Positions 50,916 through 61,840 of a stretch of 64,000 nucleotides of DNA are shown here, one piece after another. This DNA comes from Malacoraja senta (taxonomy: Eukaryota): NCBI GenBank assembly GCA_038087875.1, contig CM075995.1:3412001-3476000 (forward strand). The letters run 5' to 3'. The notes under the pieces were generated by a model. It was given only the letters and a program-made list of their open reading frames with translations. It ran no database searches and was not told the DNA's origin. Every line of letters begins with the position of its first letter. Positions within the stretch are counted from its first letter, which is position 1. A program made the translations under genes and the position numbers.

Positions 50916-51819
50916 TATCTATTGTGCTTTTCCAGTATCTCATTTCAAATGGTGATTCTCCTTCTTCCATTTATATCTCTTCCAGGTCAATTTTTTGTTC
51001 CTTTGTTTGTTCCAGAGCAGATTAGTACTTTACTTTTTGGCCTTGCCTTTTGTCATTCAGTCCCCCAATCTCATTCCCAACCTTTATCCTCTCGCGCCTC
51101 TTCCAGCGCCAGAGACCAGGGTTCAACCCTGTCTATAAGAGTTGTCTGTATGGAGTTCATACCTTCTCCCCATGACCACGTGGGTTTTCTCTGGGAGCTC
51201 TGGTTTCCTCCCACTTTCCTAAGACGTACAGGTTTGTAGGTTAATTGGCTTTGTTAAGAATTGGAAATTGTCCCTAGTGTGTAGGATGGTGCCAGTGTAT
51301 GGGGATAGCTGGTTGGCACAGACATGGTGGGCCGAAGGGCATGCTTCTCTAAACTAAACTAAATTAAACTAAACTGAAACCTAAGATAGACACAAAATGC
51401 TGGAGTAACTCGAAGGGACAGGCAGAATCTCTGGTGAGAAGGAATGGGTGACGTTTCGAGTTGAGACCCTTCTGCAGACTGGGTTCTTATCTCCACAGTT
51501 GCAGCCGGTCCGGCAGATTTACTCCAGCATTATGCTTCTACCTTTGGTTTAAACTAGCATCTGCAGTTCCTTCCTAAACTGTGCATCTCAAACCACTCCC
51601 AGTTCTCATGGAAGGTTGTTTACCTGAAATGTTGACTTAGTTTCATCCTTCACTGATGCTGCCTGACCTGCTGAGCATCCTCAACATTTTATCTGTTCAA
51701 CCTCTATGTTCCTCTCTGTGTCCGACTGTTGAGTAGAAAATGATGAACACGTGAACAAGTGCTCTTGTGATATCCACTAGGCTCCGACTGAAATCACTCT
51801 CAAACTATCCAGCATATAT

Positions 51820-52670
51820 GACAAGGCAAGAGACAAGATACATTTATTGTCACATGTACCAATTGGCACAGTGAAATTTGTGGTCACCATACAGCCATAC
51901 GAATAAAATAAAGAACACAGAACACAGAACACAATAGTCTTTAACATTAACATCCCCACACAGCGGTATTAAAGTTTCCTACTGTGAGGGAAGGCACCAA
52001 AGTTCAGTCATCCTCCTCTGTTGTTCACCCGTGGTCAGGGCCTCCCGAGACCTCCGTAGTTGCCGCTACGGGCGGCCCGATGTTCAGGCCCGCTCGCCGG
52101 GATGATGGAACTCCAACGTCGGGACGGGAGAACATCCTCAGTGGCTTAGACCTCCGAATCGGCCACTTCTCACTTCGTCCACGGCTCCCAAAGTCCACAG
52201 GCCGAGCTGGGCGGAGATTCAATGCTGGCGACCCCCGGCAAAGGGTCCCAGGACTCCGCGATGTTGGTCAGCGCCGCCCGCGCTGGAAGCTCCGCGAACC
52301 ACAGCTGCAGCAGGCCCAACACTCCGGAGCTTCAAACGGCGATCCAGGAAAGGCATCGCCTGCTCCGCGATGAATCCAGTGCTGCACCGCCGCTGTAGCT
52401 CTGGTCTAGTCTCTGGTCTCCGGCAGGAAAGGCCGCGCCAATCCAGTTGGTAGGCCACGAGAGGGGGGCGAGGACGCGACTCGGAGAATAGTCGCGTCCT
52501 CGCCAGGAAATGACTGGGAAACGGTTTCCCCCTTACCCTACCCCTCTCCCCCACATAGAAATACTTTAAAAAATCCTCCAGAACATACTTTTAACAAACT
52601 ATTTTTTTTTTTAAAGATAGAAAAACAAACAGACTGTAGGCAGAGGCTGCCATCATGCGCCGCCCCTAGA
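51820..52670 (-). mobile_element. CpG-rich non-autonomous retroelement, related to 9271 and 44150 in its 5' region
   Basis: rc 5' GGGGCGGCGCATGATGGCAGCCTCTGCCTACAGTCTG, a T-rich spacer and GGGG..GGGGGAAAC; 3' AATTTCACTGTGCC...GTGACAATAAA with a repeat tail. Confidence 0.6.
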
Positions 52671-52837
52671 GGCCACTGTTCTTATACTCAGTACCCCTCA
52701 GCAATACCACAAAAGCCTTTAAAATTCACTTTGACTTTTGAGTTCATAGCTTATAAAAAGGAAGAGACACTAGATGATGCAAAATATTGGTAACTCAGTG
52801 TGTCAGGCAACACCTTGTTTCGTTTTTAGTTTAGAGA

Positions 52838-53525
52838 CTAGACTAGGGGACGCGTTGGGTCCCAGCATCACACGGGAGGGCTGGTCCCCCAATGCAATAT
52901 TCCACCTCTCCACCAATTCCAATAATGGTGGCCAGTGGGGGGGGGGGGGGGGCTTTCTGGAGCGCTGGTTTGGGTATTGTGGGCTGAAGGGACTGGTTTC
53001 CATAGGCCTAGAATGGACATTGTGGGCCAAATGGATTCTTGGGCTGGCGGCTCAGTCACTCAAGCCTGTTGTGCTGGCAGCTCACTCACTCATAGCTGGT
53101 GGGCTGGCAGTTGACACGGCTATTCCTTGAAATTCCATTTCAAGCAGGGTGCAAGGCCACCAAATTCAAGTGCAGTTTCATACCATTTCATGCAGGGTGC
53201 AAGGCCACTAAAGACAGGGAGTCGTGACCTCTCCCTCCTCCATCTTGCAGAGACTGAGCCACGCCCACACTTCTGGGTTTTATAGTCCCTCCCCCCTCCC
53301 CCCAGAAGGGGCGTGACCTTCATGGCGTGATTGACAGGAGAGAGAATCTCAACATTTTTTAAACACTAATAACTCTTTTATTTTTCATCAATGGGAAAAA
53401 TCCTCGGCACCTGATGAGCAGAGGTGGAGTAAGATGGCCAAAAATCACAGCCGTACGTGGTAGCGTTTTTTCTGAAATTAATATAAAACAGGAAGTGGTC
53501 AAGATCAGACTTTTAGTAATATAGA
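52838..53525 (-). mobile_element. Non-autonomous Helitron (short form), inserted at an AT site in a SINE tail
   Basis: rc reads A|TCTATATTACTAAAAGTCTG...GGGACCCAACGCGTCCCC...CTAG|T. Removing it restores TTAGAGA|TACC of the SINE. Confidence 0.88.
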
Positions 53526-53592
53526 TACCGTGAGGAAACATCGGCCCACCGAGTCCAAGCTGACCAGCAAACCCCCTACACTAACACTATCC

Positions 53593-53760
53593 AAGGGGGT
53601 CAAGGAAAGAGCGTTCATGTCGTGACCCTGTTTTCACCAATCTTTCCATCACCACGCACAAGAAGCACAAGACAGACACCATTGGATGCAGATGCTGAGA
53701 AGTGTGTTCAGCTCTGGCTGACAAACTACTAATCTTGTGTGTGGACTAGATAAGAAGAAG
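53593..53760 (+). mobile_element. 5'-truncated non-LTR retroelement 3' end (clade uncertain)
   Basis: TAAGAAGAAG tail; 8-bp TSD CACTATCC at 53585-53592 and 53761-53768 inside a SINE. Confidence 0.65.
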
Positions 53761-54859
53761 CACTATCCTACACATGAGGAACAATTTATAATTTTTACAG
53801 AAGCCAAATTTACCTACAAACCTGTACGTCTTTGGAGTGTGGGTGGAAACCAGAGCACCCGGAGAAAACGCTCACAGGTCACAGGGTGAACGTACAAATT
53901 CTGTAAACAGCCAGCACTTTAGTACGTCTTTGGAATGTTGGAGCACCCGGGAAAGCCACACAAGGTCACAGGGAGAACGTAGAAACTCAGTACTTACAAC
54001 ACTCGTAGGCAGGATCGAACCTGGGTCTCTGGTGCAGTAAAGCAGCAACACTACCTCTGTGACACCGTGCCACTCTCAAAGAGAGTGAATCTTTGGAAAA
54101 TGGTTCAATGGCTCATTGGCGCTTTATTGTCATGTGCGCACTGCTCAGTGAAACTCTTTTTGCTTATACATCACGCATGCACGATTCGCTATATTTTGGT
54201 GCCATTTACAAAAAAAAGTCCGGTCCAGTCCCGTGCTCGATGTACTTGTCGATTCATGTCGGGATTCTTCTTCAGATTGATCATAGGGTGGGGCAGGAGC
54301 AAGCTGGGAGAGAGCAGATAGATACAAAAAGCTGGAGTAACTCAGCGGGACTGGCAGCATCTCTGGAGAGAAGGAATGGGTGACATTTCGGGTCGAGACC
54401 CTTCTTCAGACTGAAAGTCAGGGGAAAAGGAAACAAGAGATATAGATGATGATGAAGAGAGATCAAGAGCAATGAATGAAAGATATGTAAAAAAGTAACG
54501 ATGATAAAGGAAACAGGCCATTGTTAATTGTGGGCTAGGTGAAAATTAGTTATTGACAATGAAACTCAACAAGATGACTTTGAAGCAAATAAACTTATTT
54601 CAAAAATGTTCTGTGTACATTCGTAAGGGTTGTGACCTAGATTTTGGGATTTGTGAATGTAACTTACGCTACATCTCATGCAGCTGAGTACAAAAACTCT
54701 CTGAAAAGCTTGTTCGAAGTTCAATAAGGAATTCCAGCACAGGAAACAAAATAAAACTCAATCATTATGCTCTTGATAAGACTATTTTCAGAAAGTTCTT
54801 AAGTGTGGGGAGTGGGGAAATAGGAAAAATATTAAAAACTGAATATTTATATTGGTTAT

Positions 54860-55042
54860 AGACACAAAATGCTGGAGTAACTCAGCAGGTCGGGCAGCAT
54901 CTCTGCAATCTGAAGAAGGGTCTCGACTCGAAACGTCACCCATTCCTTCTCTCCGGAGATGCTGCCTGTCCTGCTGAGTTACTCCAGTATTTTGTGTCTA
55001 CCTTCGGTTTAAACCAGCATCTGCAGTTCTTTCCTACAACCA
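54860..55042. mobile_element. Fold-back PLE-derived mini-element with a hammerhead-like core (54910-54937)
   Basis: ~45-bp inverted arms flank CTGAAGAAGGGTCTCGACTCGAAACGTC; 15-bp TSD ATTTATATTGGTTAT at 54845-54859 and 55043-55057. Confidence 0.8.
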
Positions 55043-55174
55043 ATTTATATTGGTTATTTCAACGGAAAATACCAAATATTATTTTGTTTTTTGTATTATA
55101 GGCAAGAATGCAAGTATCGGCAGTCAGACAAATCGAAATGTCTAGCACCTGAAATATATGCACTGAAGCTCTGA

Positions 55175-55562
55175 CCTCCCTTCCATCGAGGGGATCTACC
55201 ACAGTCGCTGCCTCAAAATGGCTGGCAGCATCATCAAGGACCCACACCATCCTGGCCACACACTCATCTCCCTACTACCTTCAGGTAGAAGGTACAGGAG
55301 CCTGAAGACTGCAACGACCAGGTTCAGGAACAGCTACTTCCCCACAGCCATCAGGCTATTAAACCTGGCTCGGACATAACACTGAACTTTACTAGCCAAT
55401 ACTGTTATTTGCACTTTATCAGTATATTGACCATTGTGTATATATTTATAGAATGCCTTGTAGTAAATGCCTGCTATGTTCTGTTGTGCTCAAGCAAAGC
55501 AAGAATTTCATTGTCCTACCAGGGACACATGACAATAAACTCACTTGACTTGACTTGACTTG
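55175..55562 (+). mobile_element. Rex1/Babar LINE 3' fragment
   Basis: IIKDPHHPGHTLISLLPSGRRYRSLKTATTRFRNSYFPTAIRLLN; (TTGAC)n tail. Confidence 0.85.
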
Positions 55563-56046
55563 CACATAGCAAAATACTTTTCCACACAGCTTTTCCTTCA
55601 GGTTTTCCCTGGTTTCTTCCCTGGCCCCATGAATTTACTTGCACACAATAAATTTCTCCATGCCGGTGGCATGTATCCGAATATTATAGATTGGAATGTA
55701 AAACATTTTGTATCAGCTAGTCCCTTAGTTTCTTAACTTTCCCTGGACTTCCAAAGGACACATAAAGGTTTAGGCTTATTTTACTTCAGAGTCACATGAG
55801 TGATTCCGTGAAGAAGTCCCGCCTGTGCGCATGCGCGTCATATCGTCGTTCGCATGGCGAAGCACCGGACTGGCAGGGCATCGCTCCTGCCGACGGTAAG
55901 TTGAAACCTACAGGTAATTTTTTTATTACTTACCAGGTTTAATGTTCGTGCAGGAACCTCTCTTCACAGAAGTATCCTGCAGGATTTGGCGAAGTCCACG
56001 AGTGGACCGACTATGGGCTGTGGGGAGACCCCAGTTCTGACCGCGG

Positions 56047-56083
<37 letters not shown>

Positions 56084-56193
56084 GGAGAGTCAAATGCAAC
56101 GAAATTTCGTTCTAGGTGCACTGTGTATAGGTGTATATCTGAATGACAATAAAGTTTTCATTCATTCATTCATTCATTCATTCATTCATTCAT
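56047..56193 (+). mobile_element. Extreme 3' end of the Rex1 family at 31820-33011, inserted into the DIRS leader
   Basis: A-run, then CTGGAGAGTCAAATGCAACG...GACAATAA and (TTCA)n; near-identical to about 32916-33011. Confidence 0.9.
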
Positions 56194-56490
56194 AATCAGG
56201 TTGTCGCGTTCGCGTTTAAAGCCACTGACAAAGCGGTCAGTGGTTTAAATCCTGCTGTGGTTCCCGGGGTCGGTTGAACACGCAGGGAGGCGGGGTTAAC
56301 GCCAGAGTCGCTGACATTACGGTCAGTGGCTCACGGAATCGTCTTTCTGTGGGCCCCAGGCATGGGGTGAGAGCACAGATTAAATCAAACAGCCCTATTG
56401 AACTCGGAGGAGTTGGGCTGAGAGGGTTTCCCTTTCAGAAATAAGTATGAATTTGTATGCATTCTGTTGTTATTTTTTAACCCTTCACAG

Positions 56491-56750
56491 GCACCAGCGC
56501 AGGCCCATGGTACAGGCCACGCCAGCAGCCCTTGGGACAGGGCTGCTTAGTGTATGAGCGCGGGCCTATGGTACAGGCCGCACCAGCAGCACCTGGGACA
56601 GGGCTGCTTAGTGTGTGAGCACGGGCCTATGGTACAGGCCGCACCAGCAGCACCTGGGGCAGGGCTGCTTAGTGTGTGAGCGGGCCTATGGTACAGGCCG
56701 CACCAGCAGCACCTGGGGCAGGGCTGCTTGGTGTGTGAGCGCGCTAGCCG
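56491..56750 (+). repeat. ~60-bp tandem repeat x4 inside the DIRS leader
   Basis: Unit GGGCCTATGGTACAGGCCGCACCAGCAGCACCTGGGGCAGGGCTGCTTAGTGTGTGAGC. Confidence 0.9.
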
Positions 56751-56866
56751 CATTGTCGCACGGAGGCTGTGAAGATTTAAATCTCCAGGTAAGTGCCACA
56801 AACTTAGCTGGAGTTCGGGTTGTTTTGCTGTGGTGCCGTGCTGTATATTTCTTCCAGGACAACACC

Positions 56867-57850
56867 ATGGACAAGACGACCAAGGGAAAGAGGCAAGCCG
56901 CAAGAAAATTGGTAGACAGCCGCGGGAGTGGGGTCTGTGAACAGCTGCCTCATACCCCTGCACAATTGCCGGCCGGGAGCGGGGCGACTGAAGACTTGGT
57001 GCTGCAAAGCACAGAGCCAGCGCCAGTCGGGCATAAGGCCACGAGCAAGTCTGTTAGGCCCACTGACTCGGCAGAGTCAGGAGCGGAGAATTCCTCTCCG
57101 GGGCTGGATATCCCAAGGGTTCAAGGGTTATCCCAAATGGAGCACCTTTTGCATAGGTTGTTCCCCAAGGGCACACTCCAGGAGCAGGAGTAGTGTCGGC
57201 GGCAGGCTGGAGAAGAGGCCGCGCCAGCAGCACCTAGTAGAGGGCTGCTCGATAGCACCCTCATTAATGAGGCGCGTGCAATGGGTCAGCTGAGTTCTGA
57301 CCCCGACTCTGACGGTGAGTTCAATCCAGGCGAAGACGGCAGCTGCCAGATGTCCCATTCCTGGCAGTACGATTCACTGTTCCGTCAGAGTCAGGAGAGG
57401 CACTGGGAGATGAGTAGGCCTCCACGATAAATTACTTAGTCTCCCATCAGCTACAGGAGCTCACGATGGATGAGACCGCAAAGAAGCATGAGGCCCCGGG
57501 GAACTGCGTGTTGCTTAAGGTGCCGGCAGTGAACCAGGTGATATGGGGTCAGGTGAGCTGCAAGAATCCTGAAGCTGCTGGGCTCAGAATCACTGCGTTC
57601 GCTAGAACGATCGATGGAGGGCAGCTGTCCGAGACGCAGCAAGGTTAAGCCTCCGGTGGTCGGCAAATCTGAAAAAAGGAGGTATCCCTACAAGAGAGGT
57701 GCAGATTCCGGGTTTGGACCAGGAACAAGCCGGCCGTCAACTCAGATACGCAGCTGGCACTCTGCAGCTCCAAGGATGAACGGCATTTTGGCGACAACGC
57801 ACCCTATGCCTTCATCAGCAGTGGGCAGTTCACTGAAGCTGGTGGCAGCA
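56867..57850 (+). pseudogene. DIRS gag-like ORF1 remnant
   Basis: Kozak-like ACCATGG start, a low-complexity N-terminus and a P-x-N-C...P-x-VN-xx-IW motif; interrupted by stops. Confidence 0.55.
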
Positions 57851-59401
57851 TGACAGCTGGGCACAGGTTCCACGTACCCTACCAGTCCTACTCAACAAGG
57901 TGGGTCCGGCACTTCCGAAACATGGGTAAGTGGACCACTCACAAGTAGGTAATATTTACACTTGTTTGTACAGCATACAAAGGATAAAAGCATTGTCATC
58001 TGCTTAGAGGGCACAATACTAGCATTCCAAGCAAGTTTGGAATTAGGGCCAGAATTGTCGTATTCAAGACAGGCTCGAAAATCGTGCAAAGTACCCATGG
58101 AATGATGGCAGGAGTGGCCTGTTCATTATGAAAAATGGAGAATGTCGTTTAACTGTACTAATAACAGTAAAACATTGCAAAATGGGATAAACTATATTCC
58201 GAGGGTATTCAACTAATTATTAAATCGGTGTTTGGACTCAGAGTTCGAAAACACTTGTTATATCTGGTCTGTATGATATTTCTAACGCTGTATTTTGTTA
58301 AAATCACCGGTTCAGTCTCAAACTATATTTGAGAAATTGGGCTCATCCATCCAGCTAACTTAAGTTGTTACCAAATAGACTTGTTGGTCATTGGAATTTA
58401 CCTTTAACTATTCATTAGTTATGACTCCGCCATGGGGCACGAGATTGGAGTTAATAGAAACCTGTTATAAAGCTGAATTCTATTAATGTAGAGTATCGGC
58501 AATATAGTAGCTGTGAGTCAGCTGTGCAAGTCGGGGAACTGACATCGTGCAAAGTAGCAATCTCTCAAATGACATGTGGGTGATTGTTAACTGGCTTATG
58601 CTATGACCAGCTGAAGCTACCTAAGTCACAATGATGAACAAACAGTATTCAGCATTGCTCCAGCTAAGTGCTCTAAGAGGGGAAATTGCGAATGTCATCT
58701 CTAGTTGGTGGAGATTTGCATGAGTTGCCAATTCTTCAGTTGTTGGTATCAACTACCTATAGACGCTAGACGCATCCCATGGGTAAAGGGCTAGTGAGCG
58801 AATACATAATCTACAAGCCCAGCTTCATGTTGATACACTACGGTGGTGGCAGATGTTAGTCACATGGCAATCAAGTAGTATCCTGTAATATTTACCTAAT
58901 CCCTTGCCACTGGTTTAACATCAAGTTCAGATTCAGGACAACACAGAATAAGTGTTGAATCACAAAGTATTTATGAAAATATGGTTCAGCGGCCAGGGCA
59001 ATGGATATTCCCATCAACCATCTCCTCGTGGCCGCAGGATGGTCAAGGTTAGTTTCGAAAAAATGTTTTTCCATAGACTGATTGCCGACCCAGGGCTAGT
59101 TGCCCATTCTGTTTTACATTCAAATCTTAGCCTCCCCTGAGATAGACGGGTTGCTATTGATTTATTTATTCACGTAAACCATTAATACGTTTAAATCAAT
59201 GTCATGGTTAATCCATTGTTGATTATTCACTCATCCTGAGTTAATCGATGCAGTGAGACGCCGGGATTTGAATCTACGGCATGAAATCACAGAGCTTTGA
59301 ACTCTTCACGGAATCACTCACGTGACTCCGAAGTAAAATAGTAAGATTAAATGAGAACTTACCAGTTTGAAGTTTGATCTTTATTTTATGAGGAGTTACG
59401 T

Positions 59402-60916
59402 CAATTCATTGACTTGCAGACTCTGAAAAGACTGTTCCTGCGGCTCGGGTTGTCAGGCCGAACCATGGACGTGCTCACTGCAGATTGCAGGGATAACACC
59501 AGATAAGCAGTACATTTCCTCATCAGGAGATGGTAAGTATTTTGATTAAATGCTAAATTACATATATACGGCACGGATAACTGACGTCTGGGAGTTTATT
59601 GTAGAATGGGTCTTTGACAAAAATTAAGTTATAGTACCATTAACTGTGCCAAACGTGCCTTCTCATCATAATTTCTGCAGGGAGCGGGACCCACTCTGTC
59701 GGGTCTCACCCTCTGATATACAGATTCATAAAGGGTATCTTCAACTCAAACCTCCCAGGCCCAGGTACGCAGAGATATGGGATGTTAACATTGTGCTGAT
59801 GCCGCTTCGCCGGTGGGCTCCAGCTACATCCCTGTCCTTGGTCAAACTCAATTACAAAGTGGTTATGCTCATGGCGCTGGTTCAGCGCAACGGGTCCAGT
59901 CATTGCATAAGCTGTGGCTGGACAGGATGGTTACATCACCATGAACATAAATATGGCAATTTATGTTCATGGCTTAGTCAAGCAGAGCAGACCAAGGGCA
60001 TCAGGTCTCAAACTAGATTTTGGGGCATACCCCATGGACCTTCGGTTGTGCGTGGTCACACATCTACTACAATACGTCAAGGACACTAAGAGCCTTAGGG
60101 GCACAGATCTAGCAATGTTTGTTAGTTACATTAAACCTCATAAGAAGGTATCAGTACAGACAATCTCAATGTAGTTAAACGGGTTCTGGCTTGTGCAGGA
60201 GTGAACACTGACATTTTCAAATCTCACTCCACCAGGGCTGCAACAATTTCAGCAGCAGGGTTATGGACGTTCCACTGTACCACATCCTAGCGACTGCAGG
60301 ATGGTCAAACGAACGATCTTTCCAAACATTTTATAACAAACCCATTGCCAGACCGGGGGTATTTGCCAACTCTATTTGCCAACTCTATTTTAAGTTCTGT
60401 TTATAGTTTCCCCCAGATGAGTGGGGTTACTATTGTTATTATTTGTTCATTAATAAACATCGGCATGTCTAAATCTATGTCATGTCTGAATGCATTATTA
60501 ATGTTCACTCATCCTTGGTCAATTGATGCAGTGAGTGACGCATGGACTCGTGTCCACGGCATGAAATCACAGAGCTTTGAAATCTTCATGTAGTCACTCA
60601 CGTGACTCCGAAGTAAAATAGTAAGATTAAACGAGAACTTACCAGTTTGAAGTTTGATCTTTATTTTATGAGGAGTTACGATGAGGGATTACGTGCCCTC
60701 CGCTCCCAACCCTCTCTCATAAAGATCAGCCGGTAGTTCTAGTTTCTCGAATCTTACTATATTCAGTTCATCAACTGTTATCTGTGATTTCACACCGCTG
60801 CTTTGAAGATTGACGCGCATGCGGGCTTGGGGTTCTTCATGTAATCCCTCATCGTAACACCTCATAAAATAAAGATCAAACTTCAAACTGGTAAGTTCTC
60901 GTTTAATCTTACTATT
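59402..60916 (+). mobile_element. DIRS 3' part (element B): pol end, tyrosine recombinase, ICR, right ITR
   Basis: ICR at 60581-60692 is complementary to a left end and to the right end 60840-60916; terminus GTTCTCGTTTAATCTTACTATT. Confidence 0.9.
59420..60400 (+). pseudogene. DIRS tyrosine recombinase, frameshifted
   Basis: KPPRPRYAEIWDVNIVL, AQRVQSL (catalytic R), LCVVTHLLQY, FKSHSTRAA (HxxR), AGWSNERSFQTFYNKP (W and catalytic Y). Confidence 0.88.
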
Positions 60917-61096
60917 ATATATATATTTAAATATAATATATAAATATATATATATATTTAAACTTTTTTCTCTCTCTCTCGTTTATCATATTGTTTCCAG
61001 TGTACTATGTTTATATATTCTGTTGTGCTGCAGCAAGTAAGAATTTCATTGTTCTATCTGGAACATAAGACAATAAAACAGTCTTGACTCTTGACT

Positions 61097-61496
61097 TCGC
61101 CGAACACCTCCGCTTGGTTCGCAATAACCAACCTGACCTCCCGGTGGCTCAGCACTTCAACCCCCCCTCCCATCCCGTATCCGACCTTTCTGTGCTGGGC
61201 CTCCTCCATGGTCAGAGTGAGGAGCACTGGAAATTGGAGGAGAAGCACCTCATATTTCGCTTGAGCAGTTTGTACCCCAGCAGTACGAACATTGACTTCC
61301 CTCATTTCAGGTAGTTCTTACTGTCGCCTCCCCTTCTCAGCTCTGCCTCTGGCTCCTCCTCTTCCTTTCTTCTTCCCGCCCCCCCCCCCACCCTCACATC
61401 AATCTGAAGAAGGGTTTTGGCCCGAAACATTGCCTATTTCCTTCGTTCCATAGATGCTGCCCCACCCGCTGAGTTCCTCCAGCATTTTTGTCTACC
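61097..61496 (+). mobile_element. Penelope-like element 3' end: GIY-YIG endonuclease C-terminus plus pseudo-LTR
   Basis: FAEHLRLVRNNQPDLPVAQHFN...KLEEKHLIFRLSSLYPSSTNIDF*, then a pseudo-LTR with a hammerhead-like core at 61404-61431; inserted in a (TTGACTC)n tail. Confidence 0.85.
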
Positions 61497-61812
61497 TTGA
61501 CTCTTGACTCTTGACAATGCGCCACTCGAATGACTCAGGGAGCAGATTGCACCGATATGATATTCAACATTTTAAAAGATTCAGATCAGAACCCCCTCTC
61601 TCACCGTCCCTCCCCCACCCAAGTTGTTGTACCAGCTTCAAAGTTGTCTTGTTGGGTCTCATTGTTTATGACTTTTTTTCACCTAGCCCACAGCTAACAA
61701 TGGCCTGTTTCCTTTATCATCTTTACTTTTTTGCATATCATTCATTCATCTGTTCTATATCTCTCCATATCGCCATCTATATCTCTCATTTCCCTTTCCC
61801 CTGACTCTCAGT

Positions 61813-61840
61813 CTGAAGAAGGGTCTCGACCCGAAACGTC
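61813..61840 (+). ncRNA. Minimal hammerhead-ribozyme-like core in a PLE pseudo-LTR (about 61590-61905)
   Basis: CTGAAGAAGGGTCTCGACCCGAAACGTC. Confidence 0.6.

Larger units (their letters stand above)
55777..59401 (+). mobile_element. DIRS retrotransposon element A (left ITR, leader, gag, decayed pol, no recombinase, ICR)
   Basis: Left end TATTTTACTTCAGAGTCAC; gag-like KHEAPGNCVLLKVPAVNQVIWG at about 57484-57549; decayed RNase H motif at about 58820-58880; internal complementary region at 59302-59401. Confidence 0.85.
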
